NCBI GenBank assembly: GCA_937919205.1
Contig: CALFOZ010000103.1
Span: 4,127 to 68,126 of the forward strand
Length of the DNA: 64,000 nucleotides
Direction: 5' to 3'
DNA from: an uncultured Planctomycetia bacterium
GTDB lineage: Bacteria > Planctomycetota > Phycisphaerae > Phycisphaerales > SM1A02
Of the stretch, positions 29,314 through 37,834 are shown piece after piece. The notes under the pieces are model-generated. The model ran no database searches. It was given only the letters and a program-made list of their open reading frames with translations, and was not told the DNA's origin. Every line of letters starts with the position of its first letter. Position 1 is the stretch's first letter. The position numbers and the translations under genes were made by a program.

Positions 29314-29586
29314 ATGGCCAAAGCAATTGTTGATCCCAATGAACTGCGCCGATTCGCCGCCGACTTGAAGAAATTTAACAACGACGTGCAAACCCAAATG
29401 ACGCGCGTTGGCGCATCGCTTGGTGGCTTGCAACAAACTTGGCGCGACCAAGAGCAGGTGAAATTCTCAGAGGAGTTTGAGCAAACCATGCGCGCGTTGC
29501 AGAAATTTGTCAAAGCCTGCGACACGCATATCCCATTCCTGGTCCGCAAGGCCGAACGCATCGAGGAGTATCTCAACCAGCGTTGA
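29314..29586 (+). CDS. WXG100 (ESAT-6/EsxA-like) family protein, W-R-D variant
   Basis: 90 aa, with an AAGAGG Shine-Dalgarno 7 nt upstream. The predicted helix-turn-helix has a central W43. The segment IVDPNELRRFAADL...LQQTWRDQEQVKFSEEFEQTMRAL parallels the canonical WXG100 pattern (I-x-V-x-PEEL...W-x-G-x-A-x-x-x-F-x-x-x-F), with G replaced by D. Confidence 0.7.
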   Translation: MAKAIVDPNELRRFAADLKKFNNDVQTQMTRVGASLGGLQQTWRDQEQVKFSEEFEQTMRALQKFVKACDTHIPFLVRKAERIEEYLNQR

Positions 29587-29610
29587 TGCGTTTGCAGGCG
29601 CAACCACTTT

Positions 29611-30240
29611 ATGGATCCCCAGCAAGTCAATATTCAATCAGTCGAGGTATTGGAGCGAACGCGCGCCGCATTTATTCGTTGCCGCGAGGAGGTGGGGCTT
29701 GCCGTCGCCGAAGCGGACAGCGAAGTTGACCGACTCGTGATGTGGCTTCAAAACGATCGCATGATGTATTGGCGCGTCCGCATCAACCGTCTTCGCGAAG
29801 ACTTGAACAACGCCCGCAGTGCGCTGTTTCGCAAAGAGACGGTGACCAGTAGCAAGGATTCCAAGCCCAGCACCGTGGATGAGCGCAAGACATTGGCGCG
29901 GGTGAAGGCAATGCTGGAGGACGCGGAGCGGCGGGCCGTGCGGACAAAATCATGGGCGCAACATTTTCCGCGCGAGCAGGCGTTGTTCAAGGGCGCCACC
30001 TCAATGATCGCATCCATGCATGAGCGTGAATTACCCGCGGCAATCTTGGCGCTGGGAAGAATGGTTGTGGCCATCCAACGCTATGTTCGCGATGAGCCCC
30101 TGGATGTCTCCAAGATGTTCGAAGTGGAACTTGCCGCGGCCACCCAAGCCACAAATATGAAACGCGCGGTTGACAGCGCGCCACCGGATGGTTCCATTCA
30201 AGATTCATCCGCTCAAAGCAAGCAGGAGCCACTGCCATGA
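29611..30240 (+). CDS. Hypothetical helical protein (209 aa) of the WXG100/FtsK-like operon
   Basis: It lies 24 nt after the WXG100 gene and in the same reading frame. Its stop overlaps the next start as ATGA. The protein is charged and helix-prone, with a polar disordered tail. I recognise no family motif. Confidence 0.6.
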   Translation: MDPQQVNIQSVEVLERTRAAFIRCREEVGLAVAEADSEVDRLVMWLQNDRMMYWRVRINRLREDLNNARSALFRKETVTSSKDSKPSTVDERKTLARVKAMLEDAERRAVRTKSWAQHFPREQALFKGATSMIASMHERELPAAILALGRMVVAIQRYVRDEPLDVSKMFEVELAAATQATNMKRAVDSAPPDGSIQDSSAQSKQEPLP

Positions 30241-30467
30241 GTGTTGAAGGTGGTCGACAACGTCTGTACGGCGCGCTGAAGGAATTCCGCATGAAATGGG
30301 CTGAATCCGAGAGCCAATGGAAAGATCCCGCCTCCCAAATGCTGGCCAAAAAGTATGTTCAGCCACTTGAAGATGGCGGCAAGGCCGCGATTCAAGCCAT
30401 GGAATCCATGCGCGATTTGATCGCTCGAATTCGTAGCGAGTGCAATGATCCAAATTCCATTCAGTGA
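30237..30467 (+). CDS. Small (76 aa) helical protein with a W-K-D motif; possible WXG100-like partner
   Basis: Translationally coupled to the upstream gene (ATGA). ESQWKDPASQMLAKKYVQPL resembles the W-x-G/D turn and second helix of WXG100 proteins, but helix 1 is short. Confidence 0.5.
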   Translation: MSVEGGRQRLYGALKEFRMKWAESESQWKDPASQMLAKKYVQPLEDGGKAAIQAMESMRDLIARIRSECNDPNSIQ

Positions 30468-30512
30468 ACGCATTTGCAATCCCAACCCATTCCACTTGTA
30501 CGATAGATCGCA

Positions 30513-33500
30513 GTGACCAACTTGCCCACGGACTTTGAAAATCTTGATCCACTTGCGCGGTGCGCGTTGCGCTGGAAAGTTTTAAGTCAGGCTTGTCAAG
30601 CGCATGAGCAGTCGTTGGACTCCGCCGTGAAAGAAATCCTCGCTATGCGGCAGGCGGAATTATCTCGCCATCAACTTCGGATGAATCAGATCGATGCGCA
30701 CTATCAGACTTTGTCACAAGAATGCGAACAGGCGCACGAACAGCAGTTCAACGCCACCACCACCAAGGCGGCATTGGATGAGAAGAACATCAAAGATCAC
30801 GCGCGCGTGCAGGCCGAGGAGATTCAAAATAAATTCAAGGATGATCTGCATGCCAACAAACAACATTTGGAGGAGGCCATTTGGCTGGCGGAAAGTGTAT
30901 TAGAGACTGGCGAGGCCGCGCCCAAATTGGAATTTGAGGAGACGCGCGGCCGCCTGGTTCACCTTCAAGCCAATCTGGAGCAGACCATCTCCGCGGCGGT
31001 GTTTCAGCTGAAGCGCTATCGCCAATCGGAGCCGCCCATGCAACCCATGAACGCCAATCTTGTGCCTCGATCTTGCGAGGGAACATTGGCCACGCAGGTG
31101 GCTCTGGCCATGGAGGCGTTGGAGCGATTTAAAAAGTTGAAACTATCTGGCTTGTTTCGTGGACCCATATTGTTGGTGCCCGTGATTTTAATCACCGCAA
31201 CATTCGCTGGCGCCGCCGCGCTCGCGGGCGGGCGCGGCATGGTCTTGGCGGTGGCCGCCAGCGTTGGAATATTCTCCAGCGCCGCGGGCATTTGCGTGTT
31301 GTGGTTCATGGCGCGCAAGCAAGTGCGCCAGGCGTGGACTTCTATCGCCAACGCGCGGCAAGTGGGCGCGGAGGCGTTTGAGATCGCCATGAAATTTGCC
31401 CATGATCAGCGTGTTAGCGCCGCCGCGGCCGCGGTGAACACGCGTGATCGCGAAGTGCAATCTGCCAAGGAGAAATGGACTCCCATTATTGAAAGCCTGC
31501 AGGCCACAAGCCGCGCGTTGGTGGATCAGATTAAACAGGATCGCAAGTTGAAGTTAGACGCTGTAGAGAAAAATAAAATGAAAGTGCTTGATCAAGCGGG
31601 CAAGTCCGTGGCGGTCACGCGCAGTAAGGCGCTATTGGAAATGGAGAGCCAGCGCGATCAGGAAAAAAAACAAGCCGCCCAGAATCGTTTGCAGTGCGAC
31701 GCTCTGGAGCAGTCGCACGCCATGGTCCGCCATAACGCGTGGCAGAGTGCCCGCGACGAATTTTCCACATGGGCCAACGCCATTGAGCAAAGCGCGAATG
31801 TGTTGATGCCCGAGTGGCAGTCAGTCATGGATGCGGCCGCGCCCATGCAAAGTTCAGAAGCCTTGGCATTTGGATGGATCAAACTTGATGTATCCACCAT
31901 CGCCAACGGCGTTCCAAACGAGCCGCAGTGTCAGTGGTCAGATTCCAACCAAGCCGCGCCGGTGTGGAATATTCCCGCGTTGCGTCCGCTTCCAAATCTT
32001 CCATCGCTGTTGGTGGAGGCGCCCTTGCAAGGCCGTGAAAAAGCCCTCGAACTTCTTCAAACAGCCACGCTTCGATTGCTCACACAAATTCCGCCAGGCA
32101 AGGTTCGTTTCTATTTCTTTGATCCCGTCGGCCTTGGGCAAAGTTTCGCGGGCTTCATGCACCTTGCCGATGAAATGGAGTCGCTTGTAAGCGAGCGCAT
32201 CTGGAGCGAGCCGCGCCACATTGAGCAAAAGTTAACGGATCTCACGGAATATGTTGAGACCGTGATTCAGAAATTTCTACGCGATGAATTCGCCACCATC
32301 GCGCAATTTAATGAACAAGCTGGGGAGTTGGCGGAACCACTGCGTGTGATTGTGTTCGCGGATTTTCCAGCGGGGCTGACCGAGGCGGGTAGCAAACGTT
32401 TCGCAAGTTTGCTTCAATCGGGCGCCCGTTGCGGCGTGCACTTTGTGTTGTTGCGTGATCCAACCCAGCCACTTCCTGGATTAATCAAGGAGGAAGAATT
32501 GCTACAGCGATGCGCGCGCGTGCGCTGGAGTGGGGATCGATTTATTGTTGACGCGCCTGGATTGCTCGATGTTCCGTTTACGCCCGAGGCCATGCCCACT
32601 GCGAACATGTTGCAAACCATGTTGAAAAAAATTGGGCGCCAAGCCAAGTCCAGCTCCAAGGTGGAGGTTCCATTCCAAGCCATCGAGCCCAAGCTTGAGC
32701 AACGCTGGAGCAGTTCCAGCGCCAAGATTTTGCGCGTGCCTGTGGGGCGTAGTGGCGCCAACAAATTGCAGTCCATTGAAATTGGCGAGGGAACCCGCCA
32801 GCACGTGTTGCTTGCCGGCAAAACTGGCTCGGGTAAAAGCACGTTGCTTCACGCGCTGATCACCAACGTCGCGCTTTGGTATTCCCCCGACGAAGTTGAG
32901 TTGTGGTTGATCGATTTCAAGAAGGGCGTTGAGTTTAAGGCGTACGCGACCCACGGACTTCCCCATGCGCGCGCGGTTGCGGTGGAGAGCGACCGCGAAT
33001 TTGGTCTGAGCGTGTTGCAGGGACTCGACGCCGAATTGAAGCGCCGCGGTGATTTGTTTCGCTTGGCCGGCGTGCAAGATTTGGCCGCGTGGCGATTGCT
33101 AGGCAAGAAAGAATCCATGCCGCGCACGCTCTTGATCGTGGACGAGTTTCAAGAACTGTTCGTGGAAGAGGACAAGGTCGCGCAGGATTCATCGCTGTTG
33201 CTGGATCGATTGGTGCGCCAAGGCCGCGCGTTCGGCATGCATGTGATCCTGGGTTCGCAAACTTTGGGTGGAACGTACGCGCTTCCGCGCACCACCATGG
33301 GACAAATGGGAATTCGCATCGCCCTGCAATGCAACGAGGCCGACGCCGCCATGATCTTGTCCGACGACAACACCGCGGCGCGGTTGCTGTCGCGTCCGGG
33401 CGAGGCGATCTACAACGACGCCGGCGGTTTGATCGAGGGCAACAGTCCATTTCAAGTTGTCTGGCTCACGGATGCACAGCGTGACGAACGTGTTCGAGCG

Positions 33501-34394
33501 CTCGCCGAGTCCGCGCGCGCCAAGGGCATTGCCGATCGCAAGATGATTGTCTTTGACGGAACCGCGGCCGCTCGCATTGAACGTTGTGAACCTCTGCAAG
33601 AGTTGATCGCCAATCCGCCCACGACAGGCGTGCCTGCCCTGCAAATATTTGTCGGTGATCCAGTCGCCATCCGCAACGTCAGCGTCATCACTCTGCGGCG
33701 CCAATCGGGCGCAAACATCATTGTGATTGGTCAGCGCGAGGAGGTTGCCGCGGGTCTGAGCGTGGCGACTCTTGTGAGTTTCGCCGCGGTCACGCGCAAG
33801 ATTTCTGGCCGCGTGGTTTTGCTCGACGGCACCACGCCGGATTCGCTTACGGCTGGAGTGTTGCAGGCCACTATTGAAAAGCTCAAACTCAACGCCGAAG
33901 TTCCAAATTATCGCGACAGTGACGCGGCGGTTCTGCAGTTGGGCGAGGAAGTGGCGCGGCGCATCGCCGAAGGCCGGCAAGATCAACCTCCAATATTGCT
34001 CATGATCCATGGCCTGCAACGCTTTCGCACGTTGCGCAAAGACGAGGACGATTTCTCCATGTCGAGCGATGGCCCACCGAAACCTGACAAGGTGCTGGGC
34101 GCGATCCTTCGCGATGGTCCTGGCGTTGGCGTGCATGTATTCGCATGGGCTGACACGGCCCCAAGTTTACAGCGTTGCATTGATCGCAACGCGCTTCGTG
34201 AATTTGATTTCCGCGTGCTCATGCAGATGAGCGCCAATGATTCCAGCTATTTAATGGACACACCAACAGCCTCGCGCTTGGGAGCTGACCGCGCGTTGAT
34301 CTTCAGCGAGGAAAAAGGCGCGACCGAACGCTTTCGTCCTTTTGAAATCGCCAGCCAACAGGTGCTTGAAAAATTGTTCACTTCACATTCTTAA
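30513..34394 (+). CDS. Membrane-anchored FtsK/SpoIIIE-family ATPase (EssC/EccC-like), 1293 aa
   Basis: GTG start just after an in-frame TAG. TM hairpin at about aa 217-266 (nt 31161-31310). Canonical Walker A GKTGSGKST at aa 769-777 (nt 32817-32843) and Walker B LLIVDEF with D877-E878 (nt 33141-33146). FtsK/SpoIIIE-type context is present (WLIDFKKGVEF, GRAFGMHVILGSQ). Two additional FtsK-like domains have degenerate P-loops. Confidence 0.9.
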   Translation: MTNLPTDFENLDPLARCALRWKVLSQACQAHEQSLDSAVKEILAMRQAELSRHQLRMNQIDAHYQTLSQECEQAHEQQFNATTTKAALDEKNIKDHARVQAEEIQNKFKDDLHANKQHLEEAIWLAESVLETGEAAPKLEFEETRGRLVHLQANLEQTISAAVFQLKRYRQSEPPMQPMNANLVPRSCEGTLATQVALAMEALERFKKLKLSGLFRGPILLVPVILITATFAGAAALAGGRGMVLAVAASVGIFSSAAGICVLWFMARKQVRQAWTSIANARQVGAEAFEIAMKFAHDQRVSAAAAAVNTRDREVQSAKEKWTPIIESLQATSRALVDQIKQDRKLKLDAVEKNKMKVLDQAGKSVAVTRSKALLEMESQRDQEKKQAAQNRLQCDALEQSHAMVRHNAWQSARDEFSTWANAIEQSANVLMPEWQSVMDAAAPMQSSEALAFGWIKLDVSTIANGVPNEPQCQWSDSNQAAPVWNIPALRPLPNLPSLLVEAPLQGREKALELLQTATLRLLTQIPPGKVRFYFFDPVGLGQSFAGFMHLADEMESLVSERIWSEPRHIEQKLTDLTEYVETVIQKFLRDEFATIAQFNEQAGELAEPLRVIVFADFPAGLTEAGSKRFASLLQSGARCGVHFVLLRDPTQPLPGLIKEEELLQRCARVRWSGDRFIVDAPGLLDVPFTPEAMPTANMLQTMLKKIGRQAKSSSKVEVPFQAIEPKLEQRWSSSSAKILRVPVGRSGANKLQSIEIGEGTRQHVLLAGKTGSGKSTLLHALITNVALWYSPDEVELWLIDFKKGVEFKAYATHGLPHARAVAVESDREFGLSVLQGLDAELKRRGDLFRLAGVQDLAAWRLLGKKESMPRTLLIVDEFQELFVEEDKVAQDSSLLLDRLVRQGRAFGMHVILGSQTLGGTYALPRTTMGQMGIRIALQCNEADAAMILSDDNTAARLLSRPGEAIYNDAGGLIEGNSPFQVVWLTDAQRDERVRALAESARAKGIADRKMIVFDGTAAARIERCEPLQELIANPPTTGVPALQIFVGDPVAIRNVSVITLRRQSGANIIVIGQREEVAAGLSVATLVSFAAVTRKISGRVVLLDGTTPDSLTAGVLQATIEKLKLNAEVPNYRDSDAAVLQLGEEVARRIAEGRQDQPPILLMIHGLQRFRTLRKDEDDFSMSSDGPPKPDKVLGAILRDGPGVGVHVFAWADTAPSLQRCIDRNALREFDFRVLMQMSANDSSYLMDTPTASRLGADRALIFSEEKGATERFRPFEIASQQVLEKLFTSHS

Positions 34395-35592
34395 GCGCGG
34401 CGCCGGTGCGCGCGCGAAGTTGGCGCACACAATCACACACAATGGTGGCGGCCCGAACAATGTCCTCGCGCGTTGTGAATCTGGACAAACTAAATCGCAC
34501 GCTTGCATGGGCCAACACAGGCGCAATTCCCATGGCCAGCAACACGGGCGACGGATCAAGAGAGCCCGAACTACACGCCGCGCCCGCGCTGGCGCAAACG
34601 CCCGCATTGGAAAGCGCCAACACAATGGCCTCGGCCTCCAAATGCGCGAACGCGATATTGCTTGTGTTCCAAACTCTGGTTGCTCCAATCCCATTGATCA
34701 CCGCGTCTGGAATTGAAGTTTGAATGAGCCGCTCAAACTCATCGCGCAGTGTGTTGGGCGCGACACCGGCGGACTGCTTCAGCCATTGCCGCGCCGCGAG
34801 CGCGGCCACGCCAAAGCCAACAACGCCCGGAACATTTTCCGTGCCCGCGCGTCGATCACGCTCTTGCGGACCGCCCACAAGTTGCGGGGTGATTGGCGCG
34901 CCTCGGCGCGCGAACAACGCGCCCACGCCTTTGGGGCCATGCAATTTATGCGCGGTGAATGTGGCAAAATCAACCATAGCGTCAGCCACATCAAAGGGTT
35001 GGCGGCCCACACTTTGCGTGGCGTCGGTGTGAAACAACACGCCGCTCTCGCGGCATATTTCGCCCACTTCGCGCACGCACAGGGCAACCCCGGTCTCATT
35101 GTTCACCGACATCAGCGACACCAAGGCAATTTCATGCGCGTGTTTTTTTACCAGCAAGCGTAAGCGCTCCAAATGTAATTCGCCGTTGGTTGCATGCTCA
35201 ACCCAAATCACTTGACACACTCCATCGCTTTCAAGTTGCTCCGCCAAATTACGCACGGCAGAATGCTCCAATTTGCTTGTGACAATCAAGCGCCGCTTGG
35301 CATGTGCTTGCACAACGCCACGTAGCGCCAGAGATGCAGACTCCGTTCCACTGGAGCAAAAAATAATTTCGCGCGCGCCGGCTCCAACAAGTTGCGCCAC
35401 CTGTTCGCGGGCGTCTTCAACGTGGGCGCGGGCCGCTTGCCCAAATCGATGCACACTGCTGGGATTGCCCCAATTGTTCAATAGCGATTCACCCATGACA
35501 TGCGCAACTTCTGGAAGCGGCATGGTGGTGGCGTTGTTATCCAAGTAAATCACATCGCAAGTGTAGGGGGGCGTGCGCCAATCACCAATCAT
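34378..35592 (-). CDS. Cysteine desulfurase (NifS/IscS class V aminotransferase)
   Basis: IYLDNNATT at the N-terminus, PLP-lysine context (FTAHKLHGPKGVGALF) and active-site Cys loop (SAGAACSSG). Its 3' end overlaps the ATPase gene by 17 nt. Confidence 0.9.
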   Translation of the reverse strand: MIGDWRTPPYTCDVIYLDNNATTMPLPEVAHVMGESLLNNWGNPSSVHRFGQAARAHVEDAREQVAQLVGAGAREIIFCSSGTESASLALRGVVQAHAKRRLIVTSKLEHSAVRNLAEQLESDGVCQVIWVEHATNGELHLERLRLLVKKHAHEIALVSLMSVNNETGVALCVREVGEICRESGVLFHTDATQSVGRQPFDVADAMVDFATFTAHKLHGPKGVGALFARRGAPITPQLVGGPQERDRRAGTENVPGVVGFGVAALAARQWLKQSAGVAPNTLRDEFERLIQTSIPDAVINGIGATRVWNTSNIAFAHLEAEAIVLALSNAGVCASAGAACSSGSLDPSPVLLAMGIAPVLAHASVRFSLSRFTTREDIVRAATIVCDCVRQLRARTGAALKNVK

Positions 35593-35665
35593 TCAACAGG
35601 TGGCCGCGCGGCAAAAAAAATATCAATGCATATAAAAAATCCGACCACTTGGATCGGACTTTCAA

Positions 35666-35749
35666 TGCGGATGAGAGGAATCGAACCTCCATGGGTGTGA
35701 CCCCACAAGAACCTGAATCTTGCGCGTCTGCCAATTTCGCCACATCCGC
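35666..35749 (-). tRNA. tRNA-Leu (anticodon CAG)
   Basis: Hand-folded cloverleaf: acceptor GCGGATG/CATCCGC, anticodon stem CAAGA/TCTTG with loop TTCAGGT, long variable arm, T-loop TTCGATT. 84 nt, and CCA is not encoded. A hairpin plus T-run follows at about 35634-35662. Confidence 0.9.
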
Positions 35750-35800
35750 AAGGGCGTGGAGTGTACTTTGCCGCATTGCGCCTTGCATTTTCACTGGACA

Positions 35801-35833
35801 TAAAAAAACGGGGTGGCCGTATGACCACCCCGT
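35801..35833 (-). terminator. Rho-independent terminator after rpoD
   Basis: On the minus strand: acggggtgg-tcatacgg-ccaccccgt (9-bp GC-rich stem) followed by ttttttta. Confidence 0.85.
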
Positions 35834-35854
35834 TTCAATTCAAACATTTCTCAA

Positions 35855-37798
35855 TCAATCCTCGGCGTCATCAGTGATATCCGTTCCAATGTCAAGCACT
35901 TCGCTATCGCCAGCGTCATCCGCGTCATCTTGTGAAACCAAGAAACTGGACAAGCGCTGGCTTCGCACTGGATGCTGCAACTTCTTCAACGCCTTGCTTT
36001 CAACTTGGCGCACGCGTTCGCGGGTCACTTTGAAGATTCGACCGACTTCCTCAAGCGTATAGGTGTAGCCATCGCCAATGCCGTAGCGCAATTTCAAAAT
36101 CTCGCGCTCGCGGTAGGTGAGCGTCTTCAATACATCATTGATGCGTTGACGAAGCAACTCGTTGCTGGCGGCTTCGGACGGGCTTGACTGGCGCTCGTCC
36201 TCGATGAAGTCGCCGAAGTGGCTGTCTTCGCTCTCGCCCACTGGCCGATCAAGCGAAATTGGATGGCGGCTGATCTTCATCACGCGGCGAACTTCTTCGG
36301 CGGGCATCTTGGCTTTCGCCGCGATCTCCTCGCCGGTTGGTTCACGACCCAACTCCTGAAGCAAATGCTTCTGGATGTTGCGCAACTTGCTCATGGTTTC
36401 AATCATGTGCACAGGCACACGAATTGTTCGCGCGTGATCAGGGATGGCTCGCGTGATCGCTTGGCGAATCCACCATGTCGCATAGGTGCTGAACTTGTAT
36501 CCGCGTTGATACTCGTACTTATCCACGGCGCGCATCAGGCCCGTGTTGCCTTCTTGAATAATGTCCAGGAATGGCAGTCCGCGGTTGCGATATTTCTTGG
36601 CGATGCTGACCACCAAGCGAAGATTTCCGCCAGAGAGATCGCGCTTGGCTTGTTCGTACTCGCCAAACACACGCATAATGGCTTTCATACGCGCTTCAAG
36701 TTCCTCGGGGTATTCAAACACAATGGATCGAAGACCAACCAACTCCTCGCGCATGACAATTTGATCCTCGGGATCAAATCGCTCTGGAAATTTTTCCGCC
36801 TTGCTCAGTTGGCGCTTCAGTTCCAACATTTTACGGTGAATGGATTGCAATCGACGCATCAATGGCTGAATACGGCCGGTACGCAGGCAACACTCCTCAA
36901 GCAGAGTGGCCACTTTACGGCGGCGCAGGCGCAGTTCTTCCTTGATCACCAATTTACGTTCAGCTGAAACTTCGGAGTCCTCCAATTGATTCCATTGATG
37001 CTCGTTCATCTCGATCAACTTCACGATGGTTTCAACATTGAATGGAATGCGCGTGGCAATCTTGCCCTTGGCATCTTCTTCAGCTGTGGAAATACGCATG
37101 GTCCGATCAAATGGCAACTTGCCGTCGCGAACTTGCTTAAGAGTTTCCGTGGCCAAGAGCGCCACGTAATCACTCTCAAGGGATTTGCGACGGAAGATCA
37201 TGCGGGTGGTTTCAATTTTCTTAGCCAAGCGAATTTCTTGTTCGCGGGTTAAAAGCGGAATTGTTCCCATCTGCGTCAAGTACATGCGAATTGGATCATC
37301 GATTCGCTTGCTACCTTGTTCGGCCAAAGCCTGGGCCACGATCGCCATGGCTTCCTCATCGTCCAAAATTTCGTCATCTAGATCCGCTGGTTCGGGACCA
37401 GCTTTGGTAGAAGGAATTTCAACAACATCATCCTTCACTTGCTTTGGAAGTTTGGGCTGGGTTCCGGGAGTCAAGATTGGCGCTGGAGGTGGACCTTGAA
37501 TCGCCGCTGGTACCGAGCACGCTTCTTTACGATGCTTTGGATTGTCGCGATGAAACTTCAAGTTGGTCTGCAGGGGAGCATCCATTGGAGTGAGCTTGTT
37601 TCGCTGTACTTCAATCTCATCCATCATGTCGATGCCATTCTCACTCAGAAGAATGAAGAGCTCGTCAATTCGATCCGCGTTGACAAACTCATCTGGCAAG
37701 CAGGTGTTGAGTTCCTCGTAGCTAATCCACTTGCGTTGACGACCTGTTTCTACAAGGCGGCGAAGAGTGGCTTTCAGATCTTTAATGGCAAGACTCAC
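35855..37798 (-). CDS. rpoD: Primary sigma factor RpoD (sigma-70)
   Basis: Region 2 ([41 protein letters not shown]), region 3, and region 4 ([28 protein letters not shown]). 647 aa. Confidence 0.97.
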   Translation of the reverse strand: MSLAIKDLKATLRRLVETGRQRKWISYEELNTCLPDEFVNADRIDELFILLSENGIDMMDEIEVQRNKLTPMDAPLQTNLKFHRDNPKHRKEACSVPAAIQGPPPAPILTPGTQPKLPKQVKDDVVEIPSTKAGPEPADLDDEILDDEEAMAIVAQALAEQGSKRIDDPIRMYLTQMGTIPLLTREQEIRLAKKIETTRMIFRRKSLESDYVALLATETLKQVRDGKLPFDRTMRISTAEEDAKGKIATRIPFNVETIVKLIEMNEHQWNQLEDSEVSAERKLVIKEELRLRRRKVATLLEECCLRTGRIQPLMRRLQSIHRKMLELKRQLSKAEKFPERFDPEDQIVMREELVGLRSIVFEYPEELEARMKAIMRVFGEYEQAKRDLSGGNLRLVVSIAKKYRNRGLPFLDIIQEGNTGLMRAVDKYEYQRGYKFSTYATWWIRQAITRAIPDHARTIRVPVHMIETMSKLRNIQKHLLQELGREPTGEEIAAKAKMPAEEVRRVMKISRHPISLDRPVGESEDSHFGDFIEDERQSSPSEAASNELLRQRINDVLKTLTYREREILKLRYGIGDGYTYTLEEVGRIFKVTRERVRQVESKALKKLQHPVRSQRLSSFLVSQDDADDAGDSEVLDIGTDITDDAED

Positions 37799-37834
37799 GG
37801 TTCAACTCCAATTCTTTAAAGGGGACAAAAACAT

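Noticed and set aside
33189-34136. 315-aa minus-strand ORF inside the FtsK/SpoIIIE gene
   Set aside because: It is antisense to the region carrying the Walker B motif and the third ATPase-like domain. It is R/H/A-rich with no motif. The plus-strand frame is continuous for 1293 codons.
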